Both the position numbers and the translations under genes were made by a program. Positions 1 through 14,737 of a DNA stretch of 64,000 nt are shown here, piece by piece (position 1 is the stretch's first letter; each line of letters starts with the position of its first letter). Where the stretch lies: assembly GCA_951406725.2 (NCBI GenBank), contig OX597826.1:70990001-71054000 (forward strand), written 5' to 3'. Under the pieces are notes generated by a model, which was not told the DNA's origin, did no database searches, and saw nothing but the letters and a program-made list of their open reading frames with translations. The DNA comes from Octopus vulgaris (lineage: Eukaryota).

Positions 1-13
1 GCCCGTCGAATGC

Positions 14-47
<34 letters not shown>

Positions 48-159
48 GCGTGTGTGTATGTGTGTGTGTGTGTGTGTGTTTGGGTATATATGTGTGTGTG
101 TGAGTGTGTGTGTTTGCGTGTGTGTGTATATATATATGGATATATACATAATCCTGTGC

Positions 160-345
160 AAGGGTCTAGCAGTAAAGTAAGGGCGTTCGGTCCATGGTTG
201 TAGGTTTCTGGGTCTGATTTCCGGATCGACCGGCGCATTGTGTCATTGAGCAAAGAATTTCATTTCATGCGCTTCAAATGAATGAAACCCGTCAAACTCG
301 AAAGACGGAGCAGCTAGGAAAGGGGAAAACTCTGATGTCTAATTC
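160..345 (+). mobile_element. Degenerate tRNA-derived SINE fragment (family B, as 23491-23752)
   Basis: GGCGCATTGTGTCATTGAGCAAAGAATTTCATTTCA matches the CORE-like segment of the copies at 23491, 45285 and 52644. Confidence 0.5.
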
Positions 346-556
346 GTACTGTTTTGCTTCCATATTTAATCATAATCGAAGCTTCCGGAATAAGCCGCGA
401 GAATAAAGACGAAGCTGCATGTATAGATCGTTATTTTCACAATCTCCTCGTGGAAGCACCTGAGACGAGTCTGCTACTGAACGAAAACAAGTTTGCTGCA
501 GAGATGCTGCGGAAGACGTGCTCTTTCAGCACGTCCTCCATCATTGTCCAGGTTTA

Positions 557-865
557 GGGGGAGGCACATGGCCTAGTGGTTAGAGCAGTGGACTCGCAGT
601 CGAGGGATCGCGGGTTCGAATCTCAGACCGGGCGATGTGTGTGTTTATGAGTGAAACACCTAAGCTCCACGCAGCTACGACAGAAGGTAATGGCGAAACT
701 TCTGCTGACTCTTTCGGCACAACTTTCTCTCACTCTTTCCTCCTGCATCTTGCAGCTCACTTTCGACGGACCGGCGTCCCGTCCAGATGGGGAACCTATA
801 CGCCACGGAAACCAGGAAACCGGCCCTTATGAGCCAGGCATGGCTCGAGAAGGAACAAACTATAT
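557..865 (+). mobile_element. Full-length tRNA(Arg)-derived SINE (family A; octopus OR-type)
   Basis: Box A TGGCCTAGTGG, anticodon-loop-like CTCGCAG, box B GGTTCGAATC. 14-bp TSD ATTGTCCAGG(T/C)TTA at 543-556 and 866-879. Second copy at 6320-6627. Confidence 0.9.
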
Positions 866-1300
866 ATTGTCCAGGCTTACACCATACTACCCACTTATAC
901 ATCTACACTAACGAATCTCAAGTGTCCTTTCCGATATCGCCTGTGATGTCGACACGACACCGGGCGCAACATTTCGTAGTTATACATTATCGCATTATTG
1001 ATGCATGGCATAACTATAAGAATCACTTCCGGAGGTGATAGAGCTTTTCGCATCCCGCTAGAAAGCTGTCGGCTAGTAAAGTACTGCCCCTTTACGACCC
1101 ACAATCCTCTGTCGGTATATGGGGATCAGAAAATATGCGAACAGACATTGTCTGACATCTGACTGTATCTGAAAATCTTAAACTCGGTAGTTAAATTCGT
1201 TTCATTCAACTCAATACAAAACTCGTCTAAGAAAGCTTTGTCTGATTTAATATTCAAATTTTAAAAATACATTTAAATGTGGGTATGTATTTATTACATA

Positions 1301-1331
<31 letters not shown>

Positions 1332-1367
1332 TTACGTACATCTGTATGTATATATGTATATATACAC

Positions 1368-1445
<78 letters not shown>

Positions 1446-1476
1446 GAAAGTTGGTTTGTGAAAGCACGTGGGTGAA

Positions 1477-1974
1477 TATATAGAAAATAGTAAAGAGTGA
1501 AAGAACTACAGATGGCTTAAATGTTAAAAAATATATATATTTGCGTCAATATGATTGATTGATTGATTCTAGTTTCAGCTTATGAGCTGTGGCCAAATTT
1601 TTTTTTCTCTTATAATGACATAATTTAAAAGAAAGACCGGTTTCGCATGTAGCTTTTCAAATTTCTTGCGACGTTATGTTTATGTTGAATAGAGTTATCG
1701 TTATGTTTATGTTCAGGAGAGTTCTAAATAAGAGAGTTCTAAATAGAGTTCTGAACATAAACATAACGATAACTCTATTCAACATAAACATAACGTCGCA
1801 AGAAATTTGAAAAGCTACACGCGAAACCGGTCTTTTTTTTAAATTATGTCATTATAAGAGAAAAAATTTTTTTTTTAATTTTTTAATATTCTTCAGACAT
1901 ATTGACGCAAATATATATATTTTTTAACATTTATGCCTTCTGTAGTTTTTTCACTCTTTACTATTTTCTATATA

Positions 1975-1975
<1 letters not shown>
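1477..1975. repeat. ~500-bp fold-back inverted repeat between microsatellite tracts
   Basis: 1477-1553 pairs with ~1898-1975 and 1595-1715 pairs with 1751-1870. The central loop contains GAGAGTTCTAAATA twice. Confidence 0.92.
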
Positions 1976-2006
<31 letters not shown>

Positions 2007-2048
2007 AGTGTACGTGCACCGGATGTTTTGCGCTCTTGTCCCTTATTG

Positions 2049-2167
<119 letters not shown>

Positions 2168-2212
2168 TTGAATTTCTAAATCTCTCGTAGAGACATGTAC
2201 GGTGGTGGGGCG

Positions 2213-3690
<1,478 letters not shown>

Positions 3691-3998
3691 ATATGCTTAT
3701 ATATTTAAATGAGTGGGGTGCGCGCGTGCGCTCTTTCTCTGTATATTCCATTCTCTTGAGAATGGAATAAGCAGAGCAAGAGCACACAAGAAGACGGAAA
3801 GTGTCGATGAGGAGATCACAGATGTGTGACGAAAGATTTCCGGGAAATGGAGTTAGAATAAGAACAATAATAAATGAGTGAAGAACGAATATTTAGTCTG
3901 TCTGTTTATTTGGCAAAAAAAAAAATGACCATCCCGAAATACAACAATATCCGTTTCAACACACGATTTCACATCAAGAATTTGCAACACAAATTCAT

Positions 3999-4039
<41 letters not shown>

Positions 4040-4045
<6 letters not shown>

Positions 4046-5354
4046 CGATTCGAAATGTTCCCGGATTAGTTATGCTTAATAAAAAAAAAAATCTTAGTTT
4101 GCTAAGTTTTAACATCATCTTCTTTGAAATAGTCATCCTCTGCAGCAATACGCCGGTCCCAGCGTTTCTGCCACTTTTGGAATGCGGCCTGTTAGTCGCT
4201 TTCCGTTAGCAAACCGAGGGTTTCTTTAATTCGCTCTAGATCTCAACAGCGGTATTAAAACGGCGACCTTTGAACTGAACTGCATTTTCATTTTAGGGGA
4301 AGAGATGGATGTCCGCAAGTGCAAAATCTGGCGAATATGGCGGGTGCGGAAGCGACACCATGTTGTTGTTTTTTTTGGCGGGAAGCTCACAAGTAAGGAA
4401 AGCACTGTCATCGTGAAGAATCCAATTCTTTACGCTTCACACATCCGGTTGCTTTTGTGGAATTACCAACCTCAAACGCTTCAAAATGTTACAGTAGAAC
4501 TCGCAATTGACGGTCTGACCCTGAGGAACGAATTCTCGACCCACAATACCACATTTCCTGGGGTGACACGCGTAGCAGGTCTTCCAGATTGCTCATCGTA
4601 TTCCAGATATGTTCTACTTTTGAAGCGCCCGTACCCTTCGAAATATTGCATACGACCCATTGCTACTTCGCCGTAAGCTTGCGGAAGCATGCTTAATGTT
4701 TCTTATTTCTTTATTGCCCACAAGGGGCTAAACATTGAGGGGACAAACAAGGACAAACAAACGGATTAAGTCGATTACATCGACCCCAGTGAGTAACTGG
4801 TACTTAAATTATCGACCCCGAAAGGATGAAAGGCAAAGTCGACCTCGGCGGAATTTGAACTCAGAACGTAACGGCAGACGAAATACTTATTTCTTTACTA
4901 CCCACAAGGGGCTAAACACAGAGTGGACAAACAAGGACAAACAAACGGATTAAGTCGATTATATCAACCCCAGTGCGTAACTGGTACTTAATTTATTGAC
5001 CGCGAAATGATGAAAGGCAAAGTCGACCTCGGTGGAATTTGAACTCAGAACGTAGCGGCAGGTGAAATGCCAGCTCGCCGCCCTAGCATGCTTAACGTTT
5101 CTATAGTAAACTTGTCAAGTTTAACACAAAATTTCACCTTTACTCTTTGTACCTGTCCATAACAAAATCGCAAGTAACAGCAAACACGTGACCACAAAAA
5201 CAGAAATTTCACAACTTGCGAAGAGAACATAGCTATGTTACTCGGCACACTGCCTCATGAAGGTCACTGCTAGATCTCACAGCGCATGCAACCGCATGCT
5301 GTTATCTGTTGGCACACTACAGAACTTGTCCTGGAACTTTTTCATGCCACCTCG
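4040..5354 (-). mobile_element. Fossil Tc1/mariner (mariner-type) transposon with internal deletion, interrupted by a SINE dimer
   Basis: Minus-strand peptides QRVKVKFCVKLDK..ETLSML, QAYGEVAMGRMQYFEGYGRFKS..DEQSGRP (HTH), WILHDD, HPPYSPDFALAD (YSPDLAP motif) and KWQKRWDRRIAAEDDYF. Degenerate TIRs CGAG..GAAA.GTTCC.GGA at both ends. Confidence 0.88.
4704..5084 (-). mobile_element. tRNA-derived SINE family C, dimer (internally deleted head unit + one headless unit)
   Basis: Head GGCGGCGAGCTGGC, box B GAGTTCAAATTCC twice. 18-bp TSD AGCATGCTTAA(T/C)GTTTCT at 4686-4703 and 5085-5102. Confidence 0.9.
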
Positions 5355-5796
5355 TGTGTGTGTGTATGTGTGTGCGTGTTTGTATGTGTGTCTGTGTGTT
5401 TGTATGCGTGTTTGTATGTGTGTCTGTGTGTGTGTATGTATGCATGTATGTACGTGTGTGTGTATTGAATAAATCGCTTTTAACGTTGGAACTCGAAATC
5501 AATAAAGCTGTTAATAATAGCGTGTACACACTGGGTAAAAACCTTACTCAGGTGGAAAATAAACCGCCGGCTTCCCTTTGGTATTTTACGAATATTTACA
5601 CTCTATTATGAATACCTTCATAACGATTTATTCCATATCTCATAAAATTTCTAACTTCTCTACATGTAAACCTATGCGCGTGTGTTTGTGTATGAATTCA
5701 TGTGTTTATATATGTGTGTCTGTGTGTTTGTGTGTGTGTGAGAGAGTGTGTGTGTTTGTGTCTATACATAAATTATATATCTTCTATCTTCTATTA

Positions 5797-6012
5797 TCTT
5801 CCATATGTTTCAGTCGTTAAACTGCGGACAGGCTGGGGCACCGCCTTGAATTTTTAGTCGAATGAATCCACCCCAGTACTTGTTTTTTAAGCCTGGTACT
5901 TATTCTATCGATCTCTTTTGTCAAACTGTTAAGATATAGGGACGTAAACACACCAGCAACGGTTGTCAAGCGGTGATGGGAAGAACAAACACAAAAACAT
6001 ACTCATACTCAT

Positions 6013-6069
<57 letters not shown>

Positions 6070-6248
6070 TATATATATATATAATATATATATGCATACA
6101 TATATGACGGGTTTCTTTTAGTTACCGTCTACCAAATCCACTCAAAAGGCTTTGGTCGTTCCGAGGTTATAGTAGGAGACACTTGCTCAAGATGCCATGC
6201 AGTGAGACTGAACCCAGAAACTTCTTACCACACAGCTACGCCTGCCCC
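5797..6248 (-). mobile_element. CORE-like tRNA SINE family D with internal (TA)n(TG)n tract
   Basis: Matches 49420-49823: CTTGAGCAAGTGTCT core, GAGTGGATTTGGTAGACGG, 3' GACTGAAACA tail. Confidence 0.85.
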
Positions 6249-6319
6249 CATATATAAATTGTACAAGGATTTTCTAAAATCCTTACACAGTTTTTAAAAT
6301 GTTATGACTTCAGTTCTAT

Positions 6320-6627
6320 GTTTTTTGTTCCTTCTCGAGCCACGCCTGGCTCATAAGGGCCAGTTTCCTGGTTTCCATGGCGTATAGGTTCCCCACCTGG
6401 ACGGGATGCCAGTCCGTCGCAAGTGAGCTGCCAGATGCAGGAGGAAAGAGTGAGAGAAATTTGTGACGAAAGAGTCAGCAGAAGTTCGCCATTACCTTCT
6501 GCCGGAACTGCGTGTAGCTTAGGTGTTTCGCTCATAAATACACACACATCGCCCGGTCTGAGATTCGAACACGCGATCCCTCGACCGCGAGTCCGCTGCT
6601 CTAACCACTAGGCCATGTGCCTCCACA
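6320..6627 (-). mobile_element. Full-length tRNA(Arg)-derived SINE family A
   Basis: Reverse complement of 557-865; TSD CAGTTCTAT at 6311-6319 and 6628-6636. Confidence 0.9.
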
Positions 6628-7284
6628 CAGTTCTATATGAAAAAGTTAATCAATGGAAAGTGTACAGAAGCCTTATCCATCGACCTTATCTTCGTTACTA
6701 AAAATATTTATTATAATTGGTTTAATTTTTACGTCTAATGAGATTTAGAATTAAGTGAAACTCTACTGCAAAACGTATTCTTAAAATTTCAGAATTAAAT
6801 CGGAGTTTGTATAATGACAGTGGAAACGTTAAAAATTTATGACGTCAGGAATCGCTCTATTTTTAAAATCTTAAATTTCCACTGATTAACTTTATGTATA
6901 TATTTGTGTGTGTTTGTGTGTGTGCATGTATGTATGTATGCATGTATGATGTACAGAGAGAATGGAGAGAAAGATAGAATCATCCGTAATTCCAGGTCCA
7001 TGCCGAATTATCCATTTTACTGGATTAAAGCAAGTCACGTTATAGTAATTCTAAGTAAATTCCTAGAAGACTGCTGTATTGTTATCAATAACTTTTAGCC
7101 ACTAACCCTTGAGAACACATCTTTGTGTATTCCCTAGAAATCTGTTATAAAGTTGAGAGAGTTCTTCCAACAGTTCAGCTGTAGTGATATGAAGGAGCAA
7201 ATATCTAAATAATACAATCTAATGGTAATGTTCATGATGATGACGGTGATTCGTATTGGTGTTGATAGTGACGGCAGTTGAAGG

Positions 7285-7336
7285 AATGAGGAAGATGATG
7301 ATGATGATCATCATCATCATGATCATGATCATGATC

Positions 7337-7373
<37 letters not shown>

Positions 7374-7870
7374 GGATGATGAGGATGATGATAATGATGA
7401 CGACGACGACGACGATGATGTTGATGATGAAGATGATGATGATGATGATGATGAAGATGATGAATGTGATGATCATAATGATGAAGATGATGATAATGAT
7501 GAAGGATGATGTTGATGATGATGATGATGAAGAAGATGGTGATGATGAGGATGAGGATGATGATAATGATGACGACAACGACGACGATGATGCTGATGAT
7601 GAAGATGATGATGACAATGATGAAAATGATGATGATGAAGGTGATGATAATGATGATGATGCGGATGAGGATGATGACGACGACGACGACGTTGATGATG
7701 ATGATGATGATAATAACGACGACGACGACGATGATACTAAGTAGGAGGAGGCGGCAGAAGAAGAGGGGAGGGAGGAGGAGAAAGTGAAATATAAGGAGGA
7801 GAGGGAGGAGAGTTGTTTGAGAAGCGGAGGGTAATGATGGTGATGATAATGACGATAATGATGATAATCA
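7285..7870. repeat. (GAT)n-rich trinucleotide tract
   Basis: Degenerate GAT/GAC/GAG repeats. Confidence 0.95.
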
Positions 7871-8187
7871 AGAAACGAGATGATGTAGATGGCGGCTTTG
7901 TAAAAGAAATTTGTTATCAATGGAAAAGAAACTTATTTCCAGGAATAACCTCTGGCATTAATTTTCAGATTTTCGAATCGATAAAGACAGATTATTTAAA
8001 CTTAATACCCCACCCCCACAAACCCGATGCCAGACTTTATATAAGTAAAATGAAAATATAAAAGTAGCAGAGAAAAAAACGAAAATTAAATGAAATATTT
8101 TCTCAAAAATTTATGATAAAAAACAAAAAAACAAACGAAAGAAAATGTCTGCTGAAAGTGTTTAAACGTTTTTTGTGTATGTGATGG

Positions 8188-8406
8188 AATCATCATCATC
8201 ATCATCGTCATTGTCGTCACTGTCATCATCATCATTATAATCATCATCATCATCATCATCATCATGTTCATGTTCTTTCATCATGTTCATCGTCGTCCTC
8301 ATCTTCCTCTACTTCCCCTACATCATCATCATTATCGTTGTTGTCCTCATCTTTTTCACCTTTTCTACATCATCATCATCATCATCATCATCATTATCAT
8401 TATCAT

Positions 8407-8441
<35 letters not shown>

Positions 8442-8443
8442 TT

Positions 8444-8481
<38 letters not shown>

Positions 8482-8573
8482 TTTCATCATCATCATCCTC
8501 ATCATCATCATTATCATTATCATCATCATCATCATCATCCTCATCATTATCATCATCATCATCATCATCATTT

Positions 8574-8619
<46 letters not shown>

Positions 8620-8666
8620 CATCATTATCATCATCATCATCATCATCATTTTCATCATCATCACCG

Positions 8667-8709
<43 letters not shown>

Positions 8710-8815
8710 TGTTATCATCATCATCATCATCATCGTCATCATCATCATCATCATCACCATCACCATCATCAGGAAAATGAAAATCAAACTTGAGATGGTT
8801 ATCCCCATCATCACC
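8188..8815. repeat. (CAT)n trinucleotide tract
   Basis: Long CAT array; source of the poly-H/S/I/M ORFs. Confidence 0.95.
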
Positions 8816-8926
8816 ATGGATTTGTGACTAAGTTCGTTTCACTATAAAATATAAAAAAATCTTTCTTGATCCAGGCACGTGTCACATGACAGTTACTGGC
8901 AACGATGCTGTACTTTCTTTCTTAAC

Positions 8927-8929
<3 letters not shown>

Positions 8930-8978
<49 letters not shown>

Positions 8979-9015
8979 ATACACCCTGCATATAAACACA
9001 CACACATACACATGT

Positions 9016-9058
<43 letters not shown>

Positions 9059-9159
9059 CATCGCCGCCGCCGCCGCCGCCACCACCACCACTACCACTAC
9101 CACTACTACTACTACTACTACCGCCGCCGCCGCCGCCGCCGCCACCACCACCACTACCA

Positions 9160-9198
<39 letters not shown>

Positions 9199-9558
9199 TT
9201 GGTTGTCCCGTAGAACTTGGGGAGCACACTCCATTATGTTCTACATGATACATATTGTGTTTTGTAATAGAATTGGCAGAATTTTGCGGGAGCAGTTTGC
9301 AGATTAACGGTAGGCAGGTGATGAGATGATCATTAGACGGTTCGATTGGATAATTATTCTATCGGATAATTATTCTGTCGGTAAGACGCCATCTAAGGTA
9401 ATTGGTCCGAATTGTTCAAGACAAGTGTTGAAGACACTGATGCAGTATCCAAATGCCAATCACCAATGTTCTGCGAACGTCGTCAATGTCAGGAATTTTA
9501 CTCACTTCGAACCTCGAAAGTAAGTTTCGAATCATCGTCATTATTCTTATTTGAAACC

Positions 9559-9636
<78 letters not shown>

Positions 9637-9767
9637 GGTAGTGGTGGTAGTGGTGGTGGTGGTGGTGGTGGTGGTAGCGGCGGCGGCGGTGGTGGTGGTG
9701 GTTGTAGTAGTAGTAGTAGACATGTGTATGTGTGTGTGTTTATATGCAGGGTGTATGCACACTCACA

Positions 9768-9835
<68 letters not shown>
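8930..9835. repeat. Inverted duplication of a compound microsatellite cassette (arms ~8930-9198 and ~9559-9835)
   Basis: Unique anchor GTGCATACACCCTGCATATAAACACACACACATACACATGTCTA (~8975-9018) recurs as its reverse complement at ~9717-9760, with the same order of flanking TG and CTA/CCA tracts. Confidence 0.9.
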
Positions 9836-9841
<6 letters not shown>

Positions 9842-10559
9842 ATATACACGACGGGCTTCCACACAGTTTCCATTTACTAAATTCATTCATATATCATTGC
9901 TCGGCCTGGAACTCTATACCATGCAGTGGGACTGAATTTGAAACTATGCGGGTGGAAAGCGAGTGTTTTAAACATACAACCATATTTGGTGCACATAATT
10001 TGTATTATATGTCTACACAAATGGTTTGTTAATAACTTGTTTTCATAAAGTGTTCAGCAGTCAACCGTGAGATTCATTATTGCGGCTGAGCTTCCAAAAT
10101 TATGGCTTAATGAAGTAGACAACAAAATTTAAAACAACAGGTAATTAAATATTTGTTTATCATGTAAGCAATGGGAGGCCAAATGGCATCTAAAACTCCA
10201 TTATTAAGGGGTTTTTTTTTTAGTAAAATTATTAAAAAAATTTAATAGAACTTATGTTTCTGTCAAAGAATTTAGGAAATATTTCAAGTAAATAGCAATT
10301 AAAATGGTTTCTTTAAAACAAACTGATTATTATAAGAATTATGATAAGCACGTCTTATATTTTTTCCATGAAACTTGTTGTAAACGTATGCTTGATTCTA
10401 TCCAACGGGGAAACAAATTTAATTGAGGGATTTACTATTAGCTATTCAAAATCCATATTGCAAACATTTTAATACTCAGACCAACAAACATCTTTCTTTT
10501 TTTCTGCTAATGTTGCTATTGACGCTGTTACTATTGTTGTTGCTGTTGCTTTCTGAATA

Positions 10560-12250
10560 TAATGTTAATGATGGGGTGTCAATAACGTAAAAAGGAAAAA
10601 GAGAAACAGAACAATGTTGGGAGAGAATAATTTTTGTTCGAAATGATTAAAGAGAAATGCACGTGTCTAATTTGTCGCGCAGATATCGCTGAACCAGAGT
10701 GAAACAAAGAGGAAAGACATGTTAATACTGTTCATAAAACATTCGCAAATAATTTGGAAATGGGGAAAAACAGAAGCAAAAGAATTTATTCCAAGCTTAG
10801 AAATGCAACAATCGTTTTTTCGAAGTGTCATATTTTATATCTCTGACGATTACTATTGAATCATTTCAGGTTTCGCACGTAATTGCGAAAAATAGTACAA
10901 ACCATTCAAATGGTGAGATAATGAAGACAACTTCACTGGACGCCAGCGAAAAATTTGAAAAATTTAAAAACCAAGTAAAATATAATAGATATTGCCGGTA
11001 TCAACTAATGCTCTGACTAGAAGAATTAAAATAATTTTAGATGACTTGACTAATAAATTACATTATTTCAGGGTGTAAAAATAATTTTTATCACCAATAG
11101 ATGAATCAACAGATATTACCAACGTGACACAAATGTTCATTTATAATCGAATGGCGTTTGTCAATTGCACAGTTAAATATTTGTGTTAAACGTTGCCATT
11201 ACAAACTTAAATTTGATGAAAAGATATTTACGAATCATTTAGGAAAATGAGAAATACTGAGAGTAGAACAGTCAAGAAAAGACACCAATTACTGTACATG
11301 GCCATACTAAGCATGATACCACGCAACATAGGATTTATTGCTGTTTTCAAAAAAGGGTCCGAATTTTTCGAAATTTTACTCATTATCCACCAACAAAAAT
11401 TATGTGGAAAGGGAAATAAAATGCAAGAAATAATCAATCTGGTATTATTAACTTTGGGTTAGGTTTCTGTAATTCTAAAGCACCGATTCTAATCATAGCA
11501 ATTTTCCACTGCATTCCAAGATCCGTTGAATAAGCAAAGGGTGTCAGAACGATTAAAACAATTTTTTTCCATGAAAAGTCGATAACCATTAATTGCGTAA
11601 TCTGATTATCATATATAAAATCAATCTTAATATATATTCGATTACATAAACTGGTTATTTGATTTGAATCTTTTGCATATATTCCGATTATTTTCAATAA
11701 ACTGAACCTTGAGTTGTAAGCTAAATATATGTATTAAGCAACGCTGCTTTGGAACCACTCTTAAAGGCAGCATTTCGATTATTTACCAATTCCCGGATTC
11801 AACATTACCAAGAACAAAATAAATAAATATATCATTATCAAAATTCAGCAGTTATATTGAAATTTCAGAAACTCTAAAAAGTGGAATTCAACATTCATTT
11901 CTAAGATTTTGATCAACTAAAATCAATATTAGCACTTTTCCATATCCCTTCCGGGGAAATTGACTCAGAAATTGTTGCGAAGACAACAAATGTTCAATTT
12001 AAATGTGAAGTCACTAAGATTGCAATTTTTGAAATTATTTTTATTTCGCAAATACTCTTATATCTAAAATGCAGTATTGATATTAAAGGTGTGTGTTTCT
12101 CCCACACAATATTTTCATGCATGGATACATTAAATTCTAAAGTAAGAAATACTTTAACAAATGAACTCCTACTAAATTGCTGAGGTCTATTGTTGTCAAA
12201 TTATACACGGAAATACAAACATCTAGCTAACAATATGTAATGCAAGTATG
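10560..12250 (+). pseudogene. Highly degraded hAT (Charlie/SPIN/GTF2IRD2-like) transposase
   Basis: Collinear frameshifted motifs: WENNFLF..KEKCTCLIC (BED finger), SFQVSHVIAKNSTNHSNGEIMK, IDESTDITNVTQMF, IIHQQKLCGK, FNKLNLEL, FSCMDTLNSKVRNTLTNE (hATC domain). Confidence 0.82.
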
Positions 12251-12587
12251 CACGTAATTGATTTCAGATAAATCATTTTCCTATTCTATTGTTAAAAACA
12301 TACACATACAATACCAACAAGTGATGTACCATTGAGAGACTGTTCATTTTAAAACAGTTAAATATAAAGAATATAGCATATTATTAGGGATGGTTATTAG
12401 TAGAAATTTATATATGAGTTTGATTTTTCCGATTCCATTTAAGAAGAATAATTTTATGCCAGTGAAACAAATGTCAAGATGGAAACCTTTTCTCCCTTTT
12501 CGTTCGTAGAGTCTAATGCCTTCCCTGTTGGTGGTCACTAGGGTGACGCTTTCATTTTCTGGCAACGGTATTTTTTATGTTCCATAA

Positions 12588-13188
12588 GGTGGTGAGCTGG
12601 CAGAATCGTCAGCACGCCGGACGAAATGCGTAGCCGTATTTCGTCTGCCACTACGTTCTGAGTTCAAATTCCTCCGAGGTCGACTTTGCTTTTCATCCTT
12701 TCGGGGTCGATTAAATAAGTACCAGTTACGCACTGGGGGTCGATATAATCGAATTAATCCGTTTGTGTGTCCTTGTTTGTCCTCTCTGTGTTTAGCCCCT
12801 TGTAGGTAGTAAAGAAATAGGTATTTCGTCTGCCGCTACGTTCTGAGTTCAAATTCCGCCGAGGTCAACTTTGCCTTTCATCCTTTCGGGGTCGATTAAA
12901 TAAGTACCAGTTACGCACTGGGGTCTATATAATCGACTTAATCCGTTTGTCTGTCCTTGTTTGTCCTCTCTGTGTTTAGCCCCTTGTAGGTAGTAAAGAA
13001 ATAGGTATTTCGTCAGCCGCTACGTTCTGAGTTCAAATTCTGCCGATGTCAACTTTGCCTTTCATCCTTTCGGGGTCGATAAATTAAATACCAGTTACGC
13101 ACTGGGGTCGATCTAATCGAATTAATCCGTTTGTCTGTCCTTGTTTGTCTCTTCTGTGTTTAGCCCCTTGTGGGTAGTAAAGAAATAG
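12588..13188 (+). mobile_element. SINE family C trimer (head + 184-bp units at 12821-13004 and 13005-13188)
   Basis: One box-A head, three box-B copies; TSD-like GGTATTTTT(T)ATGTTC at 12567-12582 and 13188-13202. Confidence 0.92.
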
Positions 13189-13997
13189 GTATTTTTATGT
13201 TCTATCAGATGTTTTGCTATATTTTCCGAGTATTATTGCTACAATTTTAAAAAATTTAAATTTTTGGTGGCTTGTTGTTTATTACAAATCTCTATATATT
13301 TGCTATCGAGTGAAAAGCTGTAACTTTATTTCTTACATCTTTTCACACCATGCTTCATATGCTTCTTTTAAAACACATGTAAGTGTTGGATACAGTGTAG
13401 CTGTTTAGTATACTTGTAACATTTCAAGGTAGCTTTCATTGATCCAGAGCTTTCTTTCAATATTTTTTTGAACGGATACATTAAGACAGAACTATTTTAT
13501 TTCTATTTGAACTTGTTGTTATTGTTGTTCTTGTGTGAACGTGTTGGCGTCTACGGACGCCTTACAAAACTTTACAGTAAAATTGGATTCTATATCAAAT
13601 AAAATTAATGGAAGATACACCTCTTAAGAGCATTTTTAACGGGGGAAACCTCTTGAAGACGCTGGACAACTAATTCTATGCTGGTCTATCATTTATTTGA
13701 AAATTTCATCTTTCAGTTTTTCTTTATATCTAAATCAAAATGGCTTCCCAACACAGAAACACTGCCTTACAAAGCTAAAAGTGAACGTGTCGATACAGAG
13801 GGGGGAAAAACATTAAAACAGAATAGGTTGAATTTGTCCGTGAATTGTATTCATAAGTTATAGACACAGAAAATATTTGAATGTTTTAAAATATCAATTT
13901 CAACATTTTGAGTGATAATAGTAAAAGAACCACACACACACACGAACACACACACACGCGCGCGCACAGACGCACACACACACTCATTCACGGATGT

Positions 13998-14162
13998 AGG
14001 TGCAGACCTGGCTGTGAGGTAAGAAGCTTGCTTCCCAACCACATAGTTCCGGGTTCAGTCCCACTGTATGAAACCACGGACAAGTGGTCCCGAGGCCGAC
14101 CAGCCTTGTTAGTGAATTTGGTAGACGAAAACTGAAAGAAGCGCGTCCTATATATTTGTGTG

Positions 14163-14214
<52 letters not shown>

Positions 14215-14312
14215 TGTGTTTGTGCGATTGTGTGCTTGTATGAGCATATGTGCGTGTGCGTTTCTCTGTGTCTGTGACTGCCACCCCCACCCCCCGGCAA
14301 CGCTTGGCAACC
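13998..14312 (+). mobile_element. SINE family D, diverged copy
   Basis: TGGCTGTGAGGTAAGAAGCTTGCTTCCCAACCACA head, GGTTCAGTCCC box B, internal TG tract. Confidence 0.8.
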
Positions 14313-14674
14313 ATTACTAATTATTCACTAGTATAGCAGATAGCCGACGGATTGACTAAAAATTAGTTACTAGATACGTAAGCAGTATTAATACAATAGC
14401 GATCTGTATACCCAACTTAACATAAGTATACAAAAAGAACGCCATAACACAGCGGTATTCTTAACTAATTCTTACTCAGCCCGCAAGGATTTTGTGACAC
14501 TAGTAAATTATAAGTCACTGTTTTTCTATATCAGTAGAGGTGGGGGTTAGTTAGTATGCTACTGATGTCGTACAAACGCGCAGAAATCACGTACAGTTGG
14601 ATATACAACTTGCTATTCGGCACAAAAATTGCTTCCATAGCTAATAGCTAATACATTCATACAAATATCTATAA

Positions 14675-14737
<63 letters not shown>

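Noticed and set aside
557-632. tRNA-Arg gene
   Set aside because: It is the head of a SINE with body, tail and TSD; the acceptor stem is not intact
7219-8827. Poly-Asp, poly-His, poly-Ser and poly-Met ORFs
   Set aside because: Pure GAT/CAT triplet tracts with no splice or domain context
14428-14482. Minus-strand GAATACCGCTGTGTTATGGCGTTCTTTTT resembling a 5S rRNA 3' end
   Set aside because: Match is too short and the rest of 5S is not recognisable
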